Shown: one piece after another, positions 19,876 through 27,895 of the stretch | Position numbering within the stretch: position 1 is the first letter of the stretch | Layout: the number at the start of each line of letters is the position of its first letter | Virus record (IMG/VR): IMGVR_UViG_3300046499_000680 | Span: 19,202 to 83,201 of that record | DNA: 64,000 nt | Strand: one strand, 5' to 3' | Source of the DNA: a virus | Position numbers and translations under genes: made by a program | The notes under the pieces: model-generated | Database searches by the model: none | Told to the model about the DNA's origin: nothing | The model's input: the letters and a program-made list of their open reading frames with translations, nothing else

Positions 19876-20043
19876 ATGCCAGTTCCGATCCTCGACCCCG
19901 GCGCCGACCCGCAGGAGAAGAAGCGGCTGGAGATGCTGCGTGGCCTCGCCTCCCAGAGCAAGGACGAGCAGAAGAAGAAGCGCCCGCCGCCTCCGCCGCG
20001 CAAGAAGAAGAAGCTGATCCTCCCCGGCGGCGGCGGGTACTAG
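19876..20043 (+). CDS. Small Lys/Pro-rich protein (not in ORF track)
   Basis: MPVPILDPGADPQEKKRLEML...; phage-like codon usage. Confidence 0.5.
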   Translation: MPVPILDPGADPQEKKRLEMLRGLASQSKDEQKKKRPPPPPRKKKKLILPGGGGY

Positions 20044-20109
20044 CCGAACATACGTTCTGGGGATTTTTGTCCAGCGCCTGGGCAGAAATCGCGATCGTCC
20101 GACCGGAGT

Positions 20110-20194
20110 TGCTACCTTTCCCATGCTGCGAAACGGGCTGTGGCCTCGTCCCTCCGAAGGTGGGGGGCATCCGAGGCTGACGGCCCCTTTTTTT
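20110..20194 (+). promoter_or_regulatory. Extended -10 (TGcTACCTT) followed by a terminator-like hairpin and T7 run abutting the sigma-factor ATG
   Basis: Stem GGGCTGTGGCCTCG / CGAGGCTGACGGCCC (20135-20186), T run 20188-20194, ATG 20195. Confidence 0.55.
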
Positions 20195-20815
20195 ATGCAC
20201 GCTCAGACCGCATCAGACCCGAAGCTAATCCGCCGCTATGAAGGTGTGGTGCGAACGACCGCCTCGATGACTGTGGAACGGTGCGAGGAAGAATTCGAGG
20301 ACATCTGCCAGCTCTTTCGGATCAAGGTGTGGATGGCCTTACTGAGCTATGACCCTGCGAAGCTGACCAACGAAAAACCTGACGCCAAGGGTCGTACTCC
20401 TCTGGACAGGTACGTCTTCGCCTGCATCAAAAATCAGCAGAAGGACCTCGAAAAGAAAGTGAAGCACGCCCACCGAGTGACCTATATCGAGGGTCTGGAC
20501 AAGGGGCACGGTGAGCGGTTCGAGGCAGAGTTCCTGGCGGTCTCCGACGAAACGATGTTCATCGCCGCCGAAGACATCGCCCCGCTGATCCCCTCGACGC
20601 TGGACGAGCGCGAGCGCCGGATCGTCACCCTGCTCTACATGGACTTCGACAACGGTGAGATCGGCGACCGGCTCGGCATCAAACGGAAGCAGGTCGCGAC
20701 GATCATCCGGGGCATCCGGGAGAAGCTGGCCGACTGGGCGCCCACGGGCTGGCGGTCGGCGACGGAGCCGCCCCCGCTGGCCCCCGCGTCCGAGCCGATG
20801 CCGATCGCCGCCTAG
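20195..20815 (+). CDS. Phage sigma-70/ECF-type sigma factor
   Basis: Region-2-like EFEDICQ...YDP...RYVFACIKN; region-4 HTH LDERERRIVTL...EIGDRLGI; alternative in-frame start at 20123. Confidence 0.8.
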   Translation: MHAQTASDPKLIRRYEGVVRTTASMTVERCEEEFEDICQLFRIKVWMALLSYDPAKLTNEKPDAKGRTPLDRYVFACIKNQQKDLEKKVKHAHRVTYIEGLDKGHGERFEAEFLAVSDETMFIAAEDIAPLIPSTLDERERRIVTLLYMDFDNGEIGDRLGIKRKQVATIIRGIREKLADWAPTGWRSATEPPPLAPASEPMPIAA

Positions 20816-21657
20816 GGCTTCCCGAGCTGCGCGATCCGGTCGTGAACGTCGTGGCCCCGCCGCCGCGCCAGCTCCGCCTTCCGGCGCCGCACGCGGTCCT
20901 TCTCGGCGGCCTTGCGGCCCACCAGGTCCCCGACGCTGTACCCCAGCTCTTTCATCGACTTCAGGGTGTCGGCCATCGCCTCGTCGGTCATCGGGTCGCG
21001 TGCCGAGCGCGCCGGAGGTAGGTCCGGCAGGTCGGGCAGCTCCTCCACGTCCTCGTAGATGCCGATCAGGCCGTGCGTCTTCGCCATCACCGAGTCGTAG
21101 AGGCCGTCGCCGGGGTGAGAGTCTTCCCAGTCGGAGCAGGTTCGGTAGGTCACCACGTCTGGGTGCGCTTCGTAGGTGAGCATCCCGCCCTCCGGGAGCA
21201 GGAAGCCCTGGCGCACGCCGTCGTAGAGCCACGTTTCGAGCTGGTCGTCGTCCTCGAACTCAATCATCGTGGGCCTGACGTGGTAGTCGTAGTCGGCCCG
21301 CGCGAACTGGTCGGCGCTGGGGTCGAGCATGAACCGCCCGCCCGCGATCAGCACAAGGTGGCCCGGCCAGTTCGTGCCTTCTGGGTCTTCGCTGTCGGGG
21401 TCAACCTTGCAGCGCGCGCCGAACGCCCGCTCGTCTGGGTCGGTGGCATCGAATTCTTCGCCCTTCTGTTCCTTCTCCAGCGCGACCTGGTTCAAGCCGA
21501 TGACATCGACGGCGACCGGCATCGCCTTGACCCCGAGCTGGTTCATCAGGTCGCACAGAAGTTTGGTGCTGAGGATGCACGACTCCCGCGTCGAATGGCG
21601 AAGAATCTCACACCTCGCATGCCACATCGCGAAGTACATCAGCGTCGGTTCGTCCAT
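20812..21657 (-). CDS. Transglutaminase/papain-like fold protein
   Basis: Cys-His-Asp pattern: SCILST...GHLVL...MLDPSADQF. Confidence 0.55.
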   Translation of the reverse strand: MDEPTLMYFAMWHARCEILRHSTRESCILSTKLLCDLMNQLGVKAMPVAVDVIGLNQVALEKEQKGEEFDATDPDERAFGARCKVDPDSEDPEGTNWPGHLVLIAGGRFMLDPSADQFARADYDYHVRPTMIEFEDDDQLETWLYDGVRQGFLLPEGGMLTYEAHPDVVTYRTCSDWEDSHPGDGLYDSVMAKTHGLIGIYEDVEELPDLPDLPPARSARDPMTDEAMADTLKSMKELGYSVGDLVGRKAAEKDRVRRRKAELARRRGHDVHDRIAQLGKP

Positions 21658-22190
21658 CAGGGTGAAGCCTTCCGGTCGGAATGGATACGTTCGATCAGCG
21701 CGTGGCCGTGGCGCTTGAACAACACGCTGTACGTCCCGGTTTCTTCCAGGACTTCGTTCAGACCCTCGAAGTCAGCGACCCGAACGCCGAAATAGGTAAC
21801 GGTCTCCTCGGTCGTGCGATCCTGGAGGGTGGGATCGACCAGGGTGCCGTCGTCGGTCACGCACCAGGCATGGTGGATGGGGATTGGGAGACCCGAGGAC
21901 AAGACGTAGCCCTCGCAGTAAGTCAGGTCGGGCACGTCCTCACCGAGCAGGCCGCCGACCTGTTCATCGACAAGGATGAAGGCGTTCATAAAGCACATCT
22001 TTGGCGTCATCTGCTCAACCCACTCCGGGCGGGCATTGGCCGTGAACTCCTCGCCGTACTCCAGAAGGAACGCCTCGACGCTGACGGTATTTCCTCCGTG
22101 CGAGCTGTGGAAGTACGCCATCATTTCGCAGTTCCCTTTGGCGGTGGCGGGGAAGCTCGGGCCGTCGGCTACTTCGATCTTGTCGCTCAT
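21657..22190 (-). CDS. Transglutaminase/papain-like fold protein
   Basis: CFMNA...YCEGY...HHAWC...VDPT. Confidence 0.6.
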   Translation of the reverse strand: MSDKIEVADGPSFPATAKGNCEMMAYFHSSHGGNTVSVEAFLLEYGEEFTANARPEWVEQMTPKMCFMNAFILVDEQVGGLLGEDVPDLTYCEGYVLSSGLPIPIHHAWCVTDDGTLVDPTLQDRTTEETVTYFGVRVADFEGLNEVLEETGTYSVLFKRHGHALIERIHSDRKASP

Positions 22191-22465
22191 AGTGGGATCA
22201 GGAGGAAGCGTTTGGTGTGGTTCAGCTCGATCCCCGGCGCGCACTGGCCGCAGAAGATCACCAGCTTGCCGCTCTCCAGGTCGCGGAACATGAACGCGCC
22301 TGCCGTCTTCTCCTCGTCCAGCTCCTGCTGGCAGGTGGAGTTGGCGCAGAGCTTGATCCCGCCGTAGGGCGGCAGCAGCTTCCCGAGCTGGGACCCCGGC
22401 TCGGCGTCGTAATCCTCGGGGACGTGAATCTGGAAGCCGTCGGCGAATCCGTCGTCGGGGGTCAT
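22187..22465 (-). CDS. Small zinc-finger protein
   Basis: CANSTC...CGQC; overlaps both neighbours. Confidence 0.65.
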   Translation of the reverse strand: MTPDDGFADGFQIHVPEDYDAEPGSQLGKLLPPYGGIKLCANSTCQQELDEEKTAGAFMFRDLESGKLVIFCGQCAPGIELNHTKRFLLIPL

Positions 22466-23469
22466 CGCGCACCTACCGCTTCTTCAAACTCCCGTTCGGA
22501 CTTCGCGATCGCCTCGTGCAGGTCGTCGCGGACCAGCTTGGTGTAGGCGAGGGTCTGCTGGAGGTTCGAGTGCCCGAGCAGTTTCTGCACGATCTCCAGC
22601 CGCCGCGTCGTCCGCAGCCACTCGGTCCCGGCGGTGTGCCGGAAGCGGTGGAGCTGCCACTGGCTGGGCTGGTGCGGGATCGGGTGGCCGATCGTCCGCA
22701 TGAGACCTTTGAATCGGGTGTAGCGCATCGGTTTCAGCGCGTGGACCTTGTTCGCCAGCGACAGCCAAGGGGTGTCGTGGGTCGGCCCGAGCTGGGTGCG
22801 CAGCTCGATCCAAGCTCGGACGGCGGCGCGGCTCGTCGCGGTGTGCGGCACCTCCCGTTGCTTGTCGCCGTCGTTGTCACCCTTGGCGTGCTTCACCACG
22901 ATGTAGGCGTTGTCGTAGTGGATGTCATCGAGGCTGGCCCGGAAAATCTCCTGGCGCCGGAGACCACAGTGCAGGGCGAGGGCGATGATCGCCTCCATCT
23001 GCACCCGCATCGCGTGGGTCCTGATCCGGCGGAACGGCGAGGTCCCCCGGCCGAATCGCGCCCAGAATTTCTCGTCCACCTTCGGCCACGCTTCATCGAA
23101 CTCCTTCCAGAACTGGGCGAGTTCTTTCTTCGAGTACGGGCGCGGCTTCGACTTGCCGGTGGACTGCCGGGGGGCGCCGATCTGCTGCACCGCGACCAGC
23201 CGCTCGGCGTCGATCACTTTGGCGCCCCATCCCCAGGAGAACCACGGCCGGAGCATGTTCAGCTCCTTGCGGATCGTGTTGACGTGGCAGCCTTCGTCGG
23301 CGCGGTGGGCGAGGAAAGCGCGCACGTCCTGGTCGTCGCAATCCTCCGGTGCTTTGCCCGCGAGGTCGCCCATGCCGGTGATCGCCCGAATCTGTTCCTG
23401 GCGACGGCCGGGGCTGATCCCTTCGTACTGCTGATAGTCGCGCTCGAAGCGTTCGATCGTGGTGGTCAT
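22462..23469 (-). CDS. Tyrosine recombinase/integrase (XerC/D-like)
   Basis: GLRRQE, AKG, HRFRH, LLGH, TLAY catalytic set; N-terminal core-binding domain; GGAG RBS. Confidence 0.92.
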   Translation of the reverse strand: MTTTIERFERDYQQYEGISPGRRQEQIRAITGMGDLAGKAPEDCDDQDVRAFLAHRADEGCHVNTIRKELNMLRPWFSWGWGAKVIDAERLVAVQQIGAPRQSTGKSKPRPYSKKELAQFWKEFDEAWPKVDEKFWARFGRGTSPFRRIRTHAMRVQMEAIIALALHCGLRRQEIFRASLDDIHYDNAYIVVKHAKGDNDGDKQREVPHTATSRAAVRAWIELRTQLGPTHDTPWLSLANKVHALKPMRYTRFKGLMRTIGHPIPHQPSQWQLHRFRHTAGTEWLRTTRRLEIVQKLLGHSNLQQTLAYTKLVRDDLHEAIAKSEREFEEAVGAR

Positions 23470-23490
23470 GGTCTTCTCCAAGTGTCGGGT

Positions 23491-23502
23491 CATCCTACAC
23501 AT
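23491..23502 (-). promoter_or_regulatory. Extended -10 promoter candidate ATGTGTAGGATG upstream of the recombinase
   Basis: TGnTAnnnT; identical 12-mer at 55182-55193 (+). Confidence 0.5.
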
Positions 23503-23558
23503 AGGGCCGCCGAGCAATGACGCCCGACGGCCCTGGAACTGCGGTATTTGCGCCCGGC

Positions 23559-23927
23559 CTATTTGGCGGGCGGCGAGTAGTTCCGGCCGTTCTTATCGAC
23601 GCGGCCTTCCTTCTCCAGGTCGCCGAGGACCCGGTAGAGGTAGTTCGGCTTGATCTTCATCGCCTTCGCGATGTCCGAGGCCGAGATGCCCGGCTTCTTC
23701 TCAATCAGCGCGACGGCCTGGTCGGCACGCTTGCCTCCCCGGCGTTTGCGGCGGGCTTTTTTCGGCCCCGCCGGGAGGGCCTTCGGCTTCGGCCTCCGCG
23801 ACTTCGGCGCCTTGCCGTTGAAGATCGCGATCGAGTCGGTGACCTTCTCGCGTTCCTCGTCCAACGTGGCGAGGCGCCGTTCGAGGAACGCCAGCGGCGA
23901 CTCCTCGACCTGCGGTTCTGCGTTCAT
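23559..23927 (-). CDS. Winged-helix DNA-binding protein with N-terminal coiled coil and basic linker
   Basis: RADQAVALIEKKPGISASDIAKAMKIKPNYLYRVLGDLEKEGRV. Confidence 0.8.
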   Translation of the reverse strand: MNAEPQVEESPLAFLERRLATLDEEREKVTDSIAIFNGKAPKSRRPKPKALPAGPKKARRKRRGGKRADQAVALIEKKPGISASDIAKAMKIKPNYLYRVLGDLEKEGRVDKNGRNYSPPAK

Positions 23928-24154
23928 CCTGATCCTTTCTTTGACCTGGTGCGTTTCTTACGCCAGTGGTCAACGATCTGTTGGGGGGTGACACTATAGG
24001 TAGAAACGTGACTACCTGGAAGTGGTTGGATGGAGAGGACCCGCCGCTTGGTCATCGAGTCGATGTGTGACTCCTCCGTGACCAGCGCGTAGAAGGTTTG
24101 ACCGCGAACGTCGCACTTCACGATGTCGCCCTCACGAATCCCCGTGGTCTGCAT
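23924..24154 (-). CDS. Small hypothetical protein (SH3/KOW-like start)
   Basis: IREGDIV...; tiles the operon. Confidence 0.65.
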   Translation of the reverse strand: MQTTGIREGDIVKCDVRGQTFYALVTEESHIDSMTKRRVLSIQPLPGSHVSTYSVTPQQIVDHWRKKRTRSKKGSG

Positions 24155-24550
24155 CTACTCGCCCCCTCCCGCCAGCGTCGTGTGCATCTGGTCCAGCGCT
24201 TCGCACAGGACCACGGCGCCCGTGTTCGGGCCATCGGCGCAGGAGAACAGAGCGTCCCCCGTGATGATGATGAACCCGAGGTGGGTGTCGGTCGGGAAGT
24301 TGTCGAGGAAGGGCCGAACGTCGGCGGTGACCAGCCGCGCGCCCTGATCCCCGGACTCCAGTTGCGGGTACTGTGCCTGCGCTCGCACGCCAAGCGCGCG
24401 GGTCGCGGACTTCAGGTCCTCGACGGCCGAGTGGTCGAACATCAGCATCGTCGTCACCAGGTCCACCCAGTTGCGGACCTTCTCGGTGTCGGCGCGCGAG
24501 TAGAGGCCGCCATCGACTTCGACCAGCTCACCAACGGGGTCGGTTGACAC
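24155..24550 (-). CDS. Hypothetical protein
   Basis: Coding-like codon bias; start uncertain (GTG 24550 or 24559). Confidence 0.6.
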   Translation of the reverse strand: MSTDPVGELVEVDGGLYSRADTEKVRNWVDLVTTMLMFDHSAVEDLKSATRALGVRAQAQYPQLESGDQGARLVTADVRPFLDNFPTDTHLGFIIITGDALFSCADGPNTGAVVLCEALDQMHTTLAGGGE

Positions 24551-24667
24551 GGTGTTCACGCTCCCTTCTGCGGACTTCGAGGTTGATGTCGTGCGACGAT
24601 CGCCGCCGACCCGGCTCTGCTGGCGAGAACGCGCGGCCAACCGCCGCGAGCGCCCGCCGTACCCGGC

Positions 24668-24919
24668 TCATTTCGATTTCCTCCGATCGTTCGGGTCTTC
24701 CGTCATCGCCTCGCCCACCATGTCGGCGACGAACTTCGCGTCCGTGGTGCCAAGGTGCGGCTCCAGCACCTCGAAGACCTGTTTGGCGTCGTCCATGCCC
24801 TCCTCGGCGTAGATCGCGAACGCCTCGACCAGGGCCTCGTACTCGGAGAACTGGACGAACGTTCCGGTCTCATGCTCGGCAAGCGGCGAGGGCGACGTGA
24901 ACCGTTTCGGCCCGGTCAT
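24668..24919 (-). CDS. Hypothetical protein
   Basis: MTGPKRF...; ATGA overlap. Confidence 0.65.
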   Translation of the reverse strand: MTGPKRFTSPSPLAEHETGTFVQFSEYEALVEAFAIYAEEGMDDAKQVFEVLEPHLGTTDAKFVADMVGEAMTEDPNDRRKSK

Positions 24920-25371
24920 GGCTGCACCTTGGCGACTACCGGCTCGGCAATCGCCGCGCAGGCATCTTCGATCGTCTGCGAACGGCTCAGCAGGTCGGCG
25001 CCGCTCATGCCCGTGGCCTTGTCCTCGGCGCGGTCGCGGAGCAGCTTGGCCTTGTTCTCCAGGTAGGTCAGGGCCTGCTGTTCGAGGACCTGCTGGTAGG
25101 CGATCGTCAGGCCGTAGACCAGCATCCCCATCGCTTTGCCGGTCTGCAAGATGCCATCGGCGACCAGCTCGTCCAGCACCGTCGAGTGCCGGTCGTACCA
25201 CTCCTGGGGCGGCAGTTCGTCGTCGTCGGGCGTCGCGTGGTCGGGACCAAAGACGACCTCCTCGGTCACGGCGGGCGCGTTCAGGATGCGAGCGGTGTGG
25301 GGCATCTCGCGGGTGAACACCGCCAGCACCACTTCGCGGTCGTTCTGGCGTAGCTTCGGTGCGTCGGTCAT
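24916..25371 (-). CDS. Hypothetical protein
   Basis: MTDAPKL...; ATGA overlap. Confidence 0.7.
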   Translation of the reverse strand: MTDAPKLRQNDREVVLAVFTREMPHTARILNAPAVTEEVVFGPDHATPDDDELPPQEWYDRHSTVLDELVADGILQTGKAMGMLVYGLTIAYQQVLEQQALTYLENKAKLLRDRAEDKATGMSGADLLSRSQTIEDACAAIAEPVVAKVQP

Positions 25372-25697
25372 CGGATCGACTCCGGGAAGCGCGCGGCCTC
25401 GTTGGGCGCGAAGGTCTCGACCCAGGCTTTCAGGACCTCGCTGCCGCGCAGGACCGCTCGGCGGCTGTCGTCGCCTTCGCCCCACTCCAGCTCGATGAAG
25501 TCCGTGCCGAGACCGGCGCCGACCGACACGCTGCCCATGCCGTCGCCGATCTCCAGCATGTTCTGGCGGAAGCCGAGGACGATCGACTGGCTGACGCTGA
25601 TCGGCTCCCGGATCGGGACCAGCAGCTTCGCTGGCTCCAGTGCGATCACGTCGGCCGTGCTGATGCCGCCCTTCTCGTCTTTGGTCGTGGCTCTCAT
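25368..25697 (-). CDS. Hypothetical protein
   Basis: MRATTKDEKGG...; ATGA overlap. Confidence 0.65.
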   Translation of the reverse strand: MRATTKDEKGGISTADVIALEPAKLLVPIREPISVSQSIVLGFRQNMLEIGDGMGSVSVGAGLGTDFIELEWGEGDDSRRAVLRGSEVLKAWVETFAPNEAARFPESIR

Positions 25698-26380
25698 AGG
25701 AAGTCCTGCCAGGGCCGAACGCGAACCCGCCCGGCCGCGATGCCGTGTTTGCGCAGCACTTTCCGAGCGGCGGCGACGAAGCTCTTGGCCTCGTCTTTGG
25801 TCTGGCCGTTGAACAGGTCCGACCCCTTGCGGCTCACGGTGATCTCGTTCTCGCCATCGAGGGGCGGCAAGCCGCGCAGTCCGTCGTCGTCCCACCCTGC
25901 CTTCCGCAGGTCCTCGCGCAGGCTCTCGTACTCCTTGCCTTCGCCGTCGGGCCAGTACAGCACCAGCCATACCGACACACGGTTTTCTTTACGTTGGAAC
26001 TCGGCTCTCACTTTTTCGCCTCTCGGTAGTAGTTGCTTAAGGTGCCCGACCTCGCCCCGAACTTCGGCTACCTCATCCCGGAACTGTTCGAGGGCGAGGT
26101 TGGCGACCTCCTGGCGAATGTCATCGGGATCGAACCCCACCCCGGTCACGTACGTCTGGATGCACTGACCGCAGAAGGTGGCGTCCTCGGGGGCCTAGCC
26201 GGTGGTGTCTACGAAGATGCCCGCCTGCCCGGTGAACCCGCCGCACCGTTCGCAGGGTTTGAGCGGGTCGGGGATCGGGTGCCATCCCAGCGCCCAAGAC
26301 TCCGGGCTGCCGATCAGCTCGGCGCAGAGCAGGCGAGCCTCCCCGTGAAGCTGCTGGGGGGTCAGGGTGGTCGCTCTCAC
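25694..26380 (-). pseudogene. Zn-finger-containing gene interrupted by one in-frame TAG (26195-26197): nonsense allele, sequence error or readthrough
   Basis: ORFs 26195-26380 and 25694-26149 share a frame; reading through gives CERC...TTG*APEDATFCGQC. Confidence 0.65.
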
Positions 26381-26583
26381 TTCCGCCCCTTCGGGTAGGT
26401 GTGGAGCCTGTCAGTCGGTATGTCGGCGGCGTAGGCGGCTCTCCGGTTGTCGAGGTAGGTGATCCTCGCCCGGCGGTAGCGGGACTCTCCGTAGCCGAAG
26501 CTGTAGACGTAATCGACCCGCGCTGAGCGACCGTCGTGCCTGACCTTCCTGCCCTTCCGAATTCGCGATTCCTTGGTCGTCAC
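26377..26583 (-). CDS. Small basic hypothetical protein
   Basis: GTGA overlaps at both ends; GGAG RBS. Confidence 0.6.
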   Translation of the reverse strand: MTTKESRIRKGRKVRHDGRSARVDYVYSFGYGESRYRRARITYLDNRRAAYAADIPTDRLHTYPKGRK

Positions 26584-27722
26584 GGTCGTTCTCCTAGTAG
26601 CTCGCGGGCGCGCTCGACGCCCTGGTCGGTGAGGGTGCGACCGCCGTGGCCCACCTGCACGAAGCCACGCTCGATCAGGTACGGCTCCACGCGCAGCGCG
26701 ATCGCCTTGCTGTCTCGGCTCTTGCCGATCGCGGTGGCGATGGTGCCGACGCTGGCCTGGTAGCGAATCTCGTCCTTCACTTTGCGACCGGCGCGGGTGT
26801 AGAGGAAGGTCAGCATCCCCTGCATGTCGGCGGTCAGGCCGTCGGCGGTGACGCCGCTCACGTCCAGCACCTCGTCGGCGACGGCCACGCTGATCGTGTT
26901 GTCGGGGCCGACCAGGGATTCGCCGTTCAGGATGAAGTTATTCACCTCGCGCGGCACGCCACGGGAGGCGTTGGCGAGCCTCACCGCCGCCGAGACCGTG
27001 ATCTGCACACCCAGCCGTTCAGCGTTCCAGACCGCCATAACGGCGATGTCGTCGGCGCTGTAGCGCTCCAGCCGAGGCCGGATCGGGAAGCGGTTGATGA
27101 AGGCGTCCGGCAGCATGCCCTCGTCGGTGGTGGTGCCGACGATCGTGATCGACGGGTAGGGCAGCACGCCGGTCCCGGTGGTGATCGTTCGATCCTCCAT
27201 CACCTCGTACAGGACCTCCGGCGTCATCGCCGAGCTGCGCCCGCGCCGGTCGCCCGCACCCTGCTGGTGAATCTCCTCGATCCGCAGCAGGTCGCCGTCC
27301 TTCATGGTCTCGCGCAGGAGGAGCAGCGTTTCATGGGAAACGGGGGCCTCGACGGCGAACACATCCACGTCGAGTTCGTTGGCGATGACGTGCGAGAAGG
27401 TGGACTTGCCGGTGCCGCTCGGCCCGATCAGGAGGATGTGGTCGAGCGGACGGTCCCGGTTCGCGGCGGCGGCGACGAACCGCTGCATCGTCCTCACCGC
27501 CCGTTCCTGCCCGACGATCTCAGCGAACGTGGCGGGCCGCAGGGGGTTGGAGGTCCGTTCGGCGGCCGTGACGGGCGACGGGGCCGCTGAGGGCGCCTGG
27601 TGGCCTCCCAGCGGTGCTACACCGTACGCCGTAGCACCTGGCGCGAAGTCAGCACGGCGAGCCGCGAGTGCGGCGCCGTCAGCAAGTGCAGAAGTGACCG
27701 TGCGGTGGGGCAAAGTTCTCAC
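26580..27722 (-). CDS. ruvB: RuvB-like Holliday junction branch-migration ATPase
   Basis: LRPATF.E.VGQ, DHILLIGPSGTGKST, EEIH, LYEVMED, RGVPR, EPYLI..G. Confidence 0.85.
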   Translation of the reverse strand: MRTLPHRTVTSALADGAALAARRADFAPGATAYGVAPLGGHQAPSAAPSPVTAAERTSNPLRPATFAEIVGQERAVRTMQRFVAAAANRDRPLDHILLIGPSGTGKSTFSHVIANELDVDVFAVEAPVSHETLLLLRETMKDGDLLRIEEIHQQGAGDRRGRSSAMTPEVLYEVMEDRTITTGTGVLPYPSITIVGTTTDEGMLPDAFINRFPIRPRLERYSADDIAVMAVWNAERLGVQITVSAAVRLANASRGVPREVNNFILNGESLVGPDNTISVAVADEVLDVSGVTADGLTADMQGMLTFLYTRAGRKVKDEIRYQASVGTIATAIGKSRDSKAIALRVEPYLIERGFVQVGHGGRTLTDQGVERARELLGERP

Positions 27723-27782
27723 CTCCTACGGAAGTTTACGCAGGTTCCAAGGAAACATGCGTTAGATGGGCGAAAGGATGTA

Positions 27783-27889
27783 GGCTCGAACAGCGCCGAG
27801 CCGGTTAGGAACAGCGAGCAGCCGGGGTTCGACTCCCCGGTGGGGCGGTGGGCTACCGTTGCCAGCTCGACCAGTACGGTCGGCTCGGC
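27783..27889. ncRNA. Intergenic multi-hairpin element with a tRNA-T-arm-like hairpin
   Basis: GGCTCG-aacagcgc-CGAGCC; second AACAGCG; CCGGGG-ttcgact-CCCCGG (27822-27840); hairpin 27861-27889. Confidence 0.4.
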
Positions 27890-27895
27890 GTCCAG

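Noticed and set aside
27783-27860. tRNA gene
   Set aside because: T-arm-like hairpin only; no matching 7-bp acceptor stem, anticodon arm or CCA
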